A stretch of 64,000 nucleotides of DNA from Promethearchaeia archaeon (GTDB taxonomy: Archaea > Asgardarchaeota > Lokiarchaeia > Sigyniarchaeales > SOKP01), in NCBI GenBank assembly GCA_029856155.1, contig JAHQWL010000085.1:29846-93845 (forward strand). The letters run 5' to 3'. Of this stretch, positions 20,238 to 30,654 are shown one piece after another (within the stretch, counting starts at the first letter, position 1; every line of letters starts with the position of its first letter). The position numbers were made by a program, and so were the translations under genes. The notes beneath the pieces are model-generated. The model saw only the letters and a list, made by a program, of their open reading frames with translations. It searched no databases and was not told the origin of the DNA.

Positions 20238-20257
20238 TTAGTTAGGTTCTTAATAAT
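20238..20257. promoter_or_regulatory. Degenerate operator copy immediately upstream of the MarR gene (autoregulation)
   Basis: TTAGTTAGGTTCTTAATAAT, 15/20 match to the 19661 palindrome. Confidence 0.5.
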
Positions 20258-20399
20258 TTATATCCTTATAATTTTAATAGCTCTTACTATTTTATATTTT
20301 TTGTGGTTCTGAATAGGTTTATAAAATCTTTCAATTATCTATGCTAGTTAATTTTAAATACTTCTCTTTATATCTAATACTAAATTTTAATTTAAAAAA

Positions 20400-20999
20400 T
20401 TGGTAATCTTAATGGAAAATAGTGATGAAGTAAGTGAAAAGCAGTTGTGGAAAAGAATTTGGAGTGAATTTCGAATACCACTTATAGTAGTAATTCTAGC
20501 TGGTATTTGTGCTATCATCGGAGCTCTTCTTGTTCTCTTTTGGTTTATAAGGATAACACCTCTTGGTTATTATGGTACTGCCCCTATTGGATTATGGAGA
20601 ATGAATTGGGTCGTTGGGTTTATGATCCTTTTAGCTCTATTCGAGCTTTTATTTATTGGTGTTCCAGCGGGATTATTTTTCGGTCTAGGCGGATATTTAT
20701 GGTGGCGTAATTTGGCTCCTGAAAAAAAGCAATTTTTCAAAGACAGAGAAAAGAAAAAGACCCATAGAAAGCAAGAATATGGTGGTGGGGGTGGATTTGG
20801 ATTCTTTATGTTCATATTTTATTGTATTTATCTTGCCTTTGATGGTCATTACAATGCTCCTTTTGGTAGTGAACCCTATACTTATTGGATTTATGCATGG
20901 TTTTTAACAATCATGTGGCTCTTGATATATGTTGGAATCCCAGCAGCAATAATTTGCCTTATTTTATACTTTACTAAGTGGCGAAAAATACCTGAATAA
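20400..20999 (+). CDS. Four-TM hypothetical membrane protein
   Basis: Hydrophobic helices and a GGGGGFG loop; likely ATG start at 20412. Confidence 0.75.
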   Translation: MVILMENSDEVSEKQLWKRIWSEFRIPLIVVILAGICAIIGALLVLFWFIRITPLGYYGTAPIGLWRMNWVVGFMILLALFELLFIGVPAGLFFGLGGYLWWRNLAPEKKQFFKDREKKKTHRKQEYGGGGGFGFFMFIFYCIYLAFDGHYNAPFGSEPYTYWIYAWFLTIMWLLIYVGIPAAIICLILYFTKWRKIPE

Positions 21000-21011
21000 A
21001 TAAAACTCTCC

Positions 21012-21046
21012 TTTTTTTTTTTTTTAAGAGAATGATAAAAAAAAAA
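21012..21046. terminator. Oligo-T/oligo-A tracts between convergent genes (probable bidirectional archaeal terminator)
   Basis: T14 followed by an A-run between two stop codons. Confidence 0.45.
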
Positions 21047-21082
21047 TAAAGATATTTTTAGCTCTGAAATTTGAGAAACTAT

Positions 21083-22390
21083 TTAATTCTTAGCCATCGC
21101 TGTTATAGTTTTATCTTTAGGTTCTGGTACAAATTGCAGTGCTATAAAAACACCAATAAATGCTACTAAGCTTAAGAGCATCCCCACACCTAATGCTTGT
21201 AGAGAAATGAATGGATGTAATAATCTTTCTGCTGTTGTAGTATAAGGATTAAGAGAATCAGAAATTGCACCTACCATAAAACCACCAAAACTTGCCCCTC
21301 GAGCTATTGAAAAAATAATTGAATTAGCTGAAGCTCTAATTTCTGTATCATATAATTCAGAAGACCATACTCCAAAGATGCCATGCAATGCAAAACCAAT
21401 AGTAATAACTCCACCAGCTATTATAAGCAATGTATTATTGAAAATTAAGAAACCAAATATGCCAAATAATACTCCTCCAGTGATACCAATTAAGTTATCT
21501 ATTAAAAATGCTTTTTTCCTACCTATATAATCGCTCAGTGCCCCAAAAGAAAACAACATCACAGCGGCTATTACCATATAAATTAACATGATAAGCAGAG
21601 CACTAGTTTCAGGATTTGCCGCACCTGAATAGGTAAATAAATATTCAAAAAATACCGGGGCAAAATCAACTAGAGTATGATATGCCGTTTCAGCAAACCA
21701 GAAAAGAATTGTTAGTAAAATCGTTAATTTGAGCCATTTCTTACCAAAGACTTCCCTTATTCTTATTTTTTGCTTAACTTGTTTCTCCTTAGTTATTTTG
21801 TCGTATTCTGACCAGACTTCTGATTCAGGTAAAGCAAACCAAAATAGAACAAGGAAGGGTATTGGAAATAAAGCAGTAAGAAAACAATATTGCCATCCTA
21901 AGGGTCCAATCAACATTGTTGTGAGAATAGCGGCAATGTAACCTATTACAAAAGTAGAATGAACCAATCCTCCTGCAGCTCCTCTTCTTTTTGTTGTAAA
22001 ATACTCAGAGATTATTGAAAAGGATATTCCCCAACTCACACCTAATCCAGAAAGCATACGTAATATGGCAAAAAGGAGAAAACTATTGCGAGGAACAAAA
22101 GCTGTAGAAGCTGAAAAAATAGCATCCCAAGCAATTGACAAAATCAAAGCTTTTTTTCTGCCAAATCTATCACCAATTTCACCAAATAATATTGCTCCTG
22201 GTACAGTACAAACAAATTGTAATGAAATAACTAGTCCAATCGCAGTATCTCCTACACTAAAATAATCTTTTAATCTTTGAGCAAGAGTACTTATTAATAC
22301 AAGTGAGTATCCATCATGCATCCAAGCAATTATTGCGGCTAGCATAACAACCATTAAAATACCTTTTGAATAAGATTTTTCTTCACTCAT
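21083..22390 (-). CDS. MFS transporter (sugar/organic acid type)
   Basis: GEIGDRFGRK, ISEYF..KRRG, LPES, GALSDYIGRK, SELYDTEIRA. Confidence 0.92.
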   Translation of the reverse strand: MSEEKSYSKGILMVVMLAAIIAWMHDGYSLVLISTLAQRLKDYFSVGDTAIGLVISLQFVCTVPGAILFGEIGDRFGRKKALILSIAWDAIFSASTAFVPRNSFLLFAILRMLSGLGVSWGISFSIISEYFTTKRRGAAGGLVHSTFVIGYIAAILTTMLIGPLGWQYCFLTALFPIPFLVLFWFALPESEVWSEYDKITKEKQVKQKIRIREVFGKKWLKLTILLTILFWFAETAYHTLVDFAPVFFEYLFTYSGAANPETSALLIMLIYMVIAAVMLFSFGALSDYIGRKKAFLIDNLIGITGGVLFGIFGFLIFNNTLLIIAGGVITIGFALHGIFGVWSSELYDTEIRASANSIIFSIARGASFGGFMVGAISDSLNPYTTTAERLLHPFISLQALGVGMLLSLVAFIGVFIALQFVPEPKDKTITAMAKN

Positions 22391-22467
22391 TTTAAGCCTC
22401 TCTATAGAAATTTATTATAATAAATAGTTAAATATAGCCTTTTCATCTATTTAAATCTATAAAAAAA

Positions 22468-24006
22468 TTAGGTCCCAGCAATTCTCTTTGGATATCTTGT
22501 CTGAGCTTTTAAATTTTCTTGAAATAATTTAATCACAAGTTCAAATCGTTTATCTCTTAAACTACTATCATTCCATAAATTATTCATTTCATATGGATCT
22601 TTTTTACGATCATAAATTTCACCGAAATCGTTTAATCCTTCATAAATAGTTAGTTTATAATCCTCTGTTATTAAATGTCTCAATCTTACATTTAATATTC
22701 CTACTTCCTCATCATTTTCTATTAAACAACAATCCCTAGGTTGTAATTTATGATTTTCAGGTTCTTTTAAAACGGTAGTAATATCATATCCTTGCATATC
22801 AGGGGGTTGTTGACTTTCTTTTATCCTTAGAAGATTTAAAATAGTCTTAGGATAATCAATAGAACTCATTAAGGAATTAGTTATTCCTGGTTTTGTAAGC
22901 CCTGGTACTCTCCATATCATTGGTATATGAAAAACACCCATATAAGTTGATGGACCTTTGAAAATCATTCCGTGTTCACCCATCAAATCACCATGATCAC
23001 TAGTATATATTACTATTGTATTATCAGCATACCCTAGTTTTTCAAGAGATGCTAAAATCTGGCCTACGCAATCGTCTATTAGGGAAATTGTTCCATAAGT
23101 ATAAGCGATAAATTGTTTTACTTCTTCTTCTGTAGTTTCTCTTAACATAGCTCCTGGCATTACATTAATATATGGTGCTAGATATGGGTGATTCCGTAAC
23201 TTCTCAAGATTGTCAAAATTTTTAGGCAAATCAATATCTTCTGGACTATACATATCCTTATATTTACCTGGAGGCCATACTGGTTGATGGGGATCAGGGA
23301 AAGAGCAATGGACATAGAAAGGTTTTTTCCCATAATGTCCCTTGGAATGTCTTTCTAGAAAGGCAATAGTTCTTTCGGTTACATATGAACTAGAATATAA
23401 TTCTACAGGTAAGTCATGTTCAGTAAAAACAGAAAAGAAATTATCTATATTTTTCCATCTTTCTCGCATTTTCTCTACCTGGAGAGGTGATCTTTCTTCT
23501 AACCAATCCAAATAATGACCACATAAACATGCACCATGACCTAATACTGTTTCAACTTCTTGGTATCCATAATAGGGTATAGGAAAGTTTTCACGTACAG
23601 GATAATTGCCTTCTTGAGGAAATACCCAATCTTGAAAATGTTCTGTAGATTTATAGTAGAGTTTGTAAGGTGCCACATTAAATTGATGGTGTAATTTTCC
23701 AAATGCTGCAGTATACCATCCTTTCTTTACGAGTGTCTGAGTAATTGTAGGAACATCTTTAGACAGAATCATTCCATTGCTTCGAACTCCATGAACGTTT
23801 GGATATAATCCCGTCAATAGCGTCGCTCTATTAGGCATACACATAGGATTAGTACAGAAGGCATTAGTAAAATGTACCCCTTCACTTGATAATCTATCAA
23901 TATTTGGTGTCTTCAAAATCGGATTTCCAGAGCAACTCAGATGGTCATATCTTTGTTGATCAGTAATTATAAATAAAACATTCATTCTTTCACTCATAAT
24001 AATCAA
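22468..24006 (-). CDS. Cys-type sulfatase (paralog 2)
   Basis: NVLFIITDQ, CMPNRATLLTG, GKLH, FPDPH, TSDHGD. Confidence 0.93.
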   Translation of the reverse strand: MIIMSERMNVLFIITDQQRYDHLSCSGNPILKTPNIDRLSSEGVHFTNAFCTNPMCMPNRATLLTGLYPNVHGVRSNGMILSKDVPTITQTLVKKGWYTAAFGKLHHQFNVAPYKLYYKSTEHFQDWVFPQEGNYPVRENFPIPYYGYQEVETVLGHGACLCGHYLDWLEERSPLQVEKMRERWKNIDNFFSVFTEHDLPVELYSSSYVTERTIAFLERHSKGHYGKKPFYVHCSFPDPHQPVWPPGKYKDMYSPEDIDLPKNFDNLEKLRNHPYLAPYINVMPGAMLRETTEEEVKQFIAYTYGTISLIDDCVGQILASLEKLGYADNTIVIYTSDHGDLMGEHGMIFKGPSTYMGVFHIPMIWRVPGLTKPGITNSLMSSIDYPKTILNLLRIKESQQPPDMQGYDITTVLKEPENHKLQPRDCCLIENDEEVGILNVRLRHLITEDYKLTIYEGLNDFGEIYDRKKDPYEMNNLWNDSSLRDKRFELVIKLFQENLKAQTRYPKRIAGT

Positions 24007-24073
24007 AAGATTTCATTTCTGCTTAAAATTCAAATTAATTCTATAATTATTTTAGGGAATCGTTTCATTCTTG

Positions 24074-25600
24074 TTATGTTCCAGCTATGCGTTTTGGATA
24101 ATAGGATTGAGCATTAAGATTTTCGTGTAATAATTTATTTACTAATTCAAATCGTTTATCCTTAAAATTATCATTATACCATAAATTATTTAATTCATGA
24201 GGATCATTTTTTCGATCATAAATATCACCAAACTTACTAAGGCTATTATATATAGTCAATTTATAATTCTCGGTTATTAAATGACGTAATCTTGCTTTAA
24301 GAGTGCCTACTTCTTCATCATTTTCAATTAAAATACTATCTCTTATCTTCTCATCAGGATCTTTTAAAATTGGAGAAATATCATAACCTTGCATTTCAGG
24401 AGGATGGTATCTTTCCGGTATGTCTAAAAGGTTTAAAATTGTTTTGGGATAATCAATTGAGCTGACTAGTGACTCAGACACGTCTCCAGGACTGGTTAAT
24501 CCTGGCACTTTCCAAATTAAGGGTAGTTGTAGTACACCATTAAAAGGACAAGGACCCTTAAATAAGAGCCCATGATCACCCATTAAATCCCCATGATCAC
24601 TCATAAAAACAATTATTGTATTATCTGAAAGTTCCGATTTTTCCAATGAAGCTAGTATCTTTCCTATACTATAATCCACATATCCTATTGCTGCATATGT
24701 CAATGCTGTTATCTTGCGGACTTCTTCTTCCGTAGATTCACGTAAGAAAGCTCTTTTAAAAGGAGGATTTTTCAAATGGTAACCTAAGAATTCATGGTTG
24801 TATAAATTAGCAATATCATCAAAATTTGCGGGAATGGTTATGTCTTCTGGTTTATACATAGCTTGATATCTTTCAGGGGGATATAACGGATAATGCGGAT
24901 CAGGAAATGAGCAATGTAAATAAAAGGGCTTATCTCCATAATTTCCCTTGTTGTACCTTTCGAGAAATGCTAGGGTCCTTTCTGTTACCCACGTAGTATT
25001 ATACAATTCTTCAGGTATCGCATCACAAAAAAGGCTAAATAAATTATCATAATTCATTACTCGTTTCTTCATATCTTTTGCAATTTCAGGAGCTCTTTCC
25101 TCTAACCATTCTAAATAATGTCCCGCACAAACAGAACCATTTCCCGAAATCACTTCAACTTCTTCATAGCCATAATAAGGTATTGGAAAACTTTCTCTCA
25201 CCGGATAAGTTATATCTCTATTAAGAGCCCAATCAGTTAAACTTTCTGCAGATCTACTCCTATGTTTAAATGGCCCTAACCAATATTGATGATGTATTTT
25301 TCCAAAAGCAGCGGTATGCCATCCTCTTTTCTTAAGAGTTTGAATGATCGTTGGAATATCTTTTCTTAAATTAATACCATTACTTCTAACGCCATGAACA
25401 TTTGGGTATACTCCTGTAACCATAGTTGCTCTATTTGGCATACAGATGGGGTTTGTACAGAAATAATTCGTAAACCTAACGCCTTCTGCAGCTAATTTAT
25501 CAAGGTTCGGAGTTCTCACTGTTGGACTACCCGCACAACCCATATGGTCTGCACGCATTGCATCAGTTATGATAAATAAGACGTTTAATTTTTCATTCAT
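24074..25600 (-). CDS. Cys-type sulfatase (paralog 1)
   Basis: NVLFIITD, CMPNRATMVTG, GKIH, FPDPH, MSDHGD. Confidence 0.93.
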   Translation of the reverse strand: MNEKLNVLFIITDAMRADHMGCAGSPTVRTPNLDKLAAEGVRFTNYFCTNPICMPNRATMVTGVYPNVHGVRSNGINLRKDIPTIIQTLKKRGWHTAAFGKIHHQYWLGPFKHRSRSAESLTDWALNRDITYPVRESFPIPYYGYEEVEVISGNGSVCAGHYLEWLEERAPEIAKDMKKRVMNYDNLFSLFCDAIPEELYNTTWVTERTLAFLERYNKGNYGDKPFYLHCSFPDPHYPLYPPERYQAMYKPEDITIPANFDDIANLYNHEFLGYHLKNPPFKRAFLRESTEEEVRKITALTYAAIGYVDYSIGKILASLEKSELSDNTIIVFMSDHGDLMGDHGLLFKGPCPFNGVLQLPLIWKVPGLTSPGDVSESLVSSIDYPKTILNLLDIPERYHPPEMQGYDISPILKDPDEKIRDSILIENDEEVGTLKARLRHLITENYKLTIYNSLSKFGDIYDRKNDPHELNNLWYNDNFKDKRFELVNKLLHENLNAQSYYPKRIAGT

Positions 25601-25800
25601 ACTTTTCGAAGCTTACTATGTAGTATAATATACAATTTTTGTATAAAAACCAGTCTTATAATATCATTACTATTTATGGAAATATATAACTATTGGAGAT
25701 CTACATGAGAAGTTAGACTTATTTATCAAAAGCTATTAAATAAAAGAATTATTTTTTCTGAGGATTACCTTTAATTTGACAGTTGAAGCTAAAGAGAAAA

Positions 25801-26904
25801 TTAGTTCCTTACATTATTTTGTTTTATAATTATATTTCTTTTTTCTAGCTCTTTTTCCATCTTATCAAGATTTAGATCGGGGCATCCTTCTGGTGGAAAT
25901 AAACCATGAGAGCTAATATCTTTATTAACAATCATTTGAGCTGTAATTGAAGCCGGTACTGAGGTGAGTTTTGCAACTTCTCCTATGACTGCGAATGATA
26001 AATGAACATTTTTCTGATTTTGTATACCAATAACATCAGTCTTAAAAGAAGAAATAATCTCTCTCTCTTCTATTTTCCCAGTTATAAGAGGAAATATCTT
26101 CAGAAAGAATTTACAAACTAGTGTCATAATTTTTTCATGTTTTATCGGAATTATTTTATCAAGTACTTTAGTTAATAGAATATCTGATTCTGGTAGAATC
26201 CCTCCTTTGCAGATTGCTTCTTTTGTGTCTATATAACGTGGGAGTGTTACGGGCTCAGGATGCCCAACAAAATATAAAGGAACTGAGCCTAATGGATCGG
26301 GAAATTCAATAACCTCTCTATCAGTTAGGGCTCTGATATTAGTCCATTCTCCATTAATATATTGTGGGACTTTTCCCATAGCAATGTGAGCCCAGTGTGC
26401 TAACTGTCCAAAACCAATTGTTTCACCAGTATCCTCAAACCATAATACTCTTATAGATTCAACTTTATCTAATTGATTTGCTCCCATTTTTGCCATTATA
26501 TTTGTAAGACCCGCTGATGCTCCTGAATTAATAAGAAAAGTTAAATTTTCACGCTCTACAAATTTATTCATTTTTAAGAATGTTAGAGTAGTATCATGAT
26601 CATCGCATATATCGACATAATTAATTCCTGCTTGAATTGTTGCTCGAGGAATCCAATCCCCAAACATGTAATACGGACCAATATTGTTTACTACTAATTT
26701 ATGATCTTTAAGAATTTCTACTAGGTTTTCAAAATCCATAACATCTAATTTTTGAAAAGTAGCTCTTGTACCTAATTTCTCAGCAATCTTTTTACCTTCT
26801 CTTTCCCTTATATCCGCTAAAGTAACATTGAATCCGCTTTTTACTAGATCAAAAGCAATATATCTGCCAACTTCTCCACATGCACCTAAGATAATAATAC
26901 TCAT
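25801..26904 (-). CDS. Saccharopine dehydrogenase-family oxidoreductase
   Basis: ILGACGEVG, NNIGPY, NYVDICDD, GHPEPVTLPR. Confidence 0.88.
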   Translation of the reverse strand: MSIIILGACGEVGRYIAFDLVKSGFNVTLADIREREGKKIAEKLGTRATFQKLDVMDFENLVEILKDHKLVVNNIGPYYMFGDWIPRATIQAGINYVDICDDHDTTLTFLKMNKFVERENLTFLINSGASAGLTNIMAKMGANQLDKVESIRVLWFEDTGETIGFGQLAHWAHIAMGKVPQYINGEWTNIRALTDREVIEFPDPLGSVPLYFVGHPEPVTLPRYIDTKEAICKGGILPESDILLTKVLDKIIPIKHEKIMTLVCKFFLKIFPLITGKIEEREIISSFKTDVIGIQNQKNVHLSFAVIGEVAKLTSVPASITAQMIVNKDISSHGLFPPEGCPDLNLDKMEKELEKRNIIIKQNNVRN

Positions 26905-26924
26905 CTATTACCATCCTTTTTAGA

Positions 26925-27311
26925 TTATATTCTCTTAAAAATTAGTCCTTCTTTTTTTAATAATAGTATCATAAATAAAGACCATAACAAATCATATGGA
27001 ATAGCGAATAGGAGAATCACAAGAAATTCTGGATATTCAAATATATTAATAAGACTAAAAATAACCATAATAACCCTTACTAAAATATTTACTAAAGGAA
27101 TTATTTTAAATTTCTCTACATCTCGGGCAGAATATATTAGAAGGATACCATAGCATAATAAAAAAGAACCCGCCATTTGTGTAAATATGGGTATGTTTTC
27201 CAGTCCTATTTGTTCAAAAAGAATATCTAAAACCATAAATAACAAACCTATAACTATTTCTACAATTCCACCTAAAACTACTAAAATTTTCAAAATTTTT
27301 TTAGAACTCAT
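26925..27311 (-). CDS. Four-TM membrane protein
   Basis: Hydrophobic pattern; operonic spacing. Confidence 0.7.
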   Translation of the reverse strand: MSSKKILKILVVLGGIVEIVIGLLFMVLDILFEQIGLENIPIFTQMAGSFLLCYGILLIYSARDVEKFKIIPLVNILVRVIMVIFSLINIFEYPEFLVILLFAIPYDLLWSLFMILLLKKEGLIFKRI

Positions 27312-27337
27312 AATTTCTAATTAATTTCTCCTTCTTT

Positions 27338-28555
27338 TTAACAATTTTTAAGAGGTGTCATGAACCCACCCGCAGTTCTTTTTGTCAATGGAGTCATTGA
27401 TTCACACTCTTTAATATCCACCTTTTCATCGAAAAAAAATTGCCCTATTTCTTTCATTTGAGAATATAAAACATTATGTAGATCATTTTCAATTGATTGG
27501 AATAAGTGAAATTTAACTAGAGGTTTTGGTTTTTCTTCTGTATCCCATACTCCGATAGCAATACCATCTAAAAATATAGTCGCTGTGATATTTCCAGAAC
27601 GATCAAAAATCTTGTTATAATTCTTAGGATCAATATACCTATCTCGGTTTTTATATCCCATAGGATATGGATCAAGTTCAGGCAATAATATTAATGATGA
27701 TTTTCCCGTAAATAGTTTATTATTCAAAATATTTAGATCTTCTTTAGCTATTATAAAAGGTGCCTGTATTGTAGAAATTTTGACTTTATTAAGTTGTAGC
27801 TCAATACTTTTCAAAACATCTTTAATTTTTGTTTTTGTTAAACCTGTCCACCAAGATATATCGGTTTCTGTCACAGGTCCATACGCTTTTATATATTTTT
27901 CTACAAGCATTTCTATTGCCTCTTTCTCGTTTAGTTTGTTTAAATCTAGTCCTGGAAAATAATCATTAAAAAGAGCATAATTATTTCTCCTATCTTTCCA
28001 GTCTTTGATTGGTTTTCCCCTGATTAACAATCCATGATTACACATAACATGGATTATTGCTGGTATATTTGAGGTTGAATTTAATTCTTTTCGTATTTCA
28101 GCGGCAGATAATTCTCTTCCTTGCAGTATTTTTAAAATATTTTCTGATATTTCTTGATATTTTCTCAATGAAACTTTATGAAAATCCATATATTTCTCTA
28201 AATTTTTCTCATTTAGGTTAAATGTTGCAGTATAAATTATAGGAATCCAATCTTTAGATTCAATAAATAGAGTTCTCCTCATCCCCCGTATTCTAGCAAG
28301 GTTTTTTTTTTCATAAAGCTCTACCTCTAAGGATAATTTCTTAAATCTATTAGTTCTCGCAAAAAGAGATAAATAGGAAGTTTTGAGATCAGTTGAATGC
28401 AAACCACAAATATCCTCTGTAATCTGAATAATATCCTCAATTTTTGAATCTTGAGTTAGGTGGTGCTTTCTTAATATTAATTTATTAACTTGATCTAAAT
28501 CTAAAATTTGCATTATTACATCTAAATATTGGATGGATTTTAAGAATATAATCAT
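27338..28555 (-). CDS. AlkZ/YcaQ-family (HTH_42) DNA glycosylase-like protein
   Basis: YLSLFAR, RGMRRTLF, YIKAYGPVT..DISWWTGL, LLPELDPY.MGY. Confidence 0.82.
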   Translation of the reverse strand: MIIFLKSIQYLDVIMQILDLDQVNKLILRKHHLTQDSKIEDIIQITEDICGLHSTDLKTSYLSLFARTNRFKKLSLEVELYEKKNLARIRGMRRTLFIESKDWIPIIYTATFNLNEKNLEKYMDFHKVSLRKYQEISENILKILQGRELSAAEIRKELNSTSNIPAIIHVMCNHGLLIRGKPIKDWKDRRNNYALFNDYFPGLDLNKLNEKEAIEMLVEKYIKAYGPVTETDISWWTGLTKTKIKDVLKSIELQLNKVKISTIQAPFIIAKEDLNILNNKLFTGKSSLILLPELDPYPMGYKNRDRYIDPKNYNKIFDRSGNITATIFLDGIAIGVWDTEEKPKPLVKFHLFQSIENDLHNVLYSQMKEIGQFFFDEKVDIKECESMTPLTKRTAGGFMTPLKNC

Positions 28556-28627
28556 TATATTTAAATTTATAATAAGCGATAAAACTTATACAAATAGAAT
28601 ACTATTACTGTATTATATTAAAATTGG

Positions 28628-29968
28628 ATGATGGTTATTCTCAGAAAAAAGAAATTAAAACTATTTTTCAAAATATTATTTTTTATACTAATTCTAATTT
28701 ATCCTTCATTCTTGTTTATTAGTTTCGAATTTAAACCTCAAAAAGAAATTAGTAAAAATTTAAAATCCTCAAGTAGTACTGCGGCTAAAAGCATAATATT
28801 AATGATTGGGGATGGACTGGGTTTTGAACATTTAAAACTGGCAAGATGGGTAGAAATGGGTAAAAATAATCCATTCCTCGTCGAAAAATTGCCGTTTCAT
28901 CTTGATGTTACTACTTATAGTGCTGATAATTTAATTACTGATTCAGCTGCAGCCGCAACAGCAATAGCTACGGGTAATAAAACCAATAATGGAATGATCG
29001 CAGTTTCACCTTTATTTAAACCTTTAGAAACAATTCTTGAGATTTCTCGTCAGTATGCAAGATCCACAGGAATAATAACTACAACTTCAGTTACTCACGC
29101 GACTCCTGCGGCTTTTATAACTCATGTGAAATCAAGATCAAATATTACAGAAATATCTCGTCAGATTATAGAAAATTCAAGTATTAATATTCTACTAGGA
29201 GGAGGAAAGGACCATTTCTCAGCATCACAATTAATACAATTAGAAGCAAATGGATATAATTTAATTGAAAACCGTTCTGAGTTAATTAAAGCAAATTCTA
29301 GTAATATTATTGGATTATTTGCTCCTACACAGCTACCTTATGAGATTAGTCGTGATGAAGAAGTAATTCCATCATTATCAGAGATGACAACTAAAGCTTT
29401 AGAAATACTTTCTCAAGATCCAGAAGGTTTTTTTCTAATGGTTGAAGGAGGACTAATAGATCATGGTGGCCATGCAAATAATAAAACTAATGTCGCATTA
29501 GAAACAATTGAATTTAGTAAAGCTGTTAATAATGCAATATCCTTCTCTAAATCAAGAAATAATGTATTATTAATAGTAACTGCTGACCATGAAACAGGAG
29601 GTTTAAGAATTCTAAATGACACATTAAACAATGTTATTCCTTCATCTAATAAAACACCTGAAGAAAATAGAGTAATTAGATTTGAAAGAATTAATAATAT
29701 CTCTGTTAGTTGGACTACTACTTATCATACTAATTTGGATGTTCCTTTTTTTGGATACAGAATAGATTTTTATGGGCTTAATAATCTAAGTGTAATTGAC
29801 AATACTGAAATTTTTAACATAATGAAAGCGTTTATATCTGATGGTTCCATTAATGATTCTGATTTTGCCCATATTATATTAATAGGTGTAGGAATTACAG
29901 GTTTCTCAATTGCGGGGATAGTAATTTTATATTCGATTAAAAATAAGAAAATCCAAAAAAAAAAATGA
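28628..29968 (+). CDS. phoA: Alkaline phosphatase, membrane-anchored
   Basis: LMIGDG, TDSAAAATA, THATPAAF, FFLMVEGG.IDH..H, VTADHETGG; N- and C-terminal TM helices. Confidence 0.93.
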   Translation: MMVILRKKKLKLFFKILFFILILIYPSFLFISFEFKPQKEISKNLKSSSSTAAKSIILMIGDGLGFEHLKLARWVEMGKNNPFLVEKLPFHLDVTTYSADNLITDSAAAATAIATGNKTNNGMIAVSPLFKPLETILEISRQYARSTGIITTTSVTHATPAAFITHVKSRSNITEISRQIIENSSINILLGGGKDHFSASQLIQLEANGYNLIENRSELIKANSSNIIGLFAPTQLPYEISRDEEVIPSLSEMTTKALEILSQDPEGFFLMVEGGLIDHGGHANNKTNVALETIEFSKAVNNAISFSKSRNNVLLIVTADHETGGLRILNDTLNNVIPSSNKTPEENRVIRFERINNISVSWTTTYHTNLDVPFFGYRIDFYGLNNLSVIDNTEIFNIMKAFISDGSINDSDFAHIILIGVGITGFSIAGIVILYSIKNKKIQKKK

Positions 29969-29977
29969 TAATAACTA

Positions 29978-30541
29978 CTACTTTAGTTTATTAAGTAAAA
30001 AAGCAAAATTTTTACCTAAATTTTCAAATGTCCTTATACCTTCTTCATCATCTAACACTTCTCCTGGCGCTCGTCCAATGCCTACATTCCAATAAGTTGA
30101 TCCTACTACAAACATCTGTTTAATAAGGAAGAAGTAATTGATGCTGGAAAACACGTGATTTGCACCAGCTCTCCTAACTGCTACGACTGCTGCACCAACT
30201 TTATGTTTTAGGTAACCACCAGTAGCATACCCGGCACGTTCTATTAATGCTTTTGTGCTTGTTGATAAATCAGAGAAATATGTGGGGGACCCAATGATTA
30301 TTCCATCAGAATTTAACATTTTTTCAATATAATCATTCATTTTATCTCCTGTCAATGCACACCGTTGATCATCATTTTCTATGCATTTCATGCAAGCCGT
30401 ACAGCCTTGCAATTTTTCCATACCAATCCAGTTATAATCACATTCAATGCCAGCTGCTTTCAATTCATCCATAACTACATTTAAGCAATGATATGTATTT
30501 CCTTTTTTTCTTGGACTTCCATTAAATAATACTACTTTCAT
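29978..30541 (-). CDS. Iron-sulfur flavoprotein (flavodoxin family)
   Basis: NGSPRKKGNT, CTACMKC...C, GSPTYF. Confidence 0.9.
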   Translation of the reverse strand: MKVVLFNGSPRKKGNTYHCLNVVMDELKAAGIECDYNWIGMEKLQGCTACMKCIENDDQRCALTGDKMNDYIEKMLNSDGIIIGSPTYFSDLSTSTKALIERAGYATGGYLKHKVGAAVVAVRRAGANHVFSSINYFFLIKQMFVVGSTYWNVGIGRAPGEVLDDEEGIRTFENLGKNFAFLLNKLK

Positions 30542-30654
30542 TTTTGTATCCCTTTTTAAAATATTTTATTAATTTATTTTCAATAATTCATTTAACACTT
30601 TCATTTTTTATAAAAACTATGTTAAATTTAAGGGGACACTAAATTTCTTTAGAA

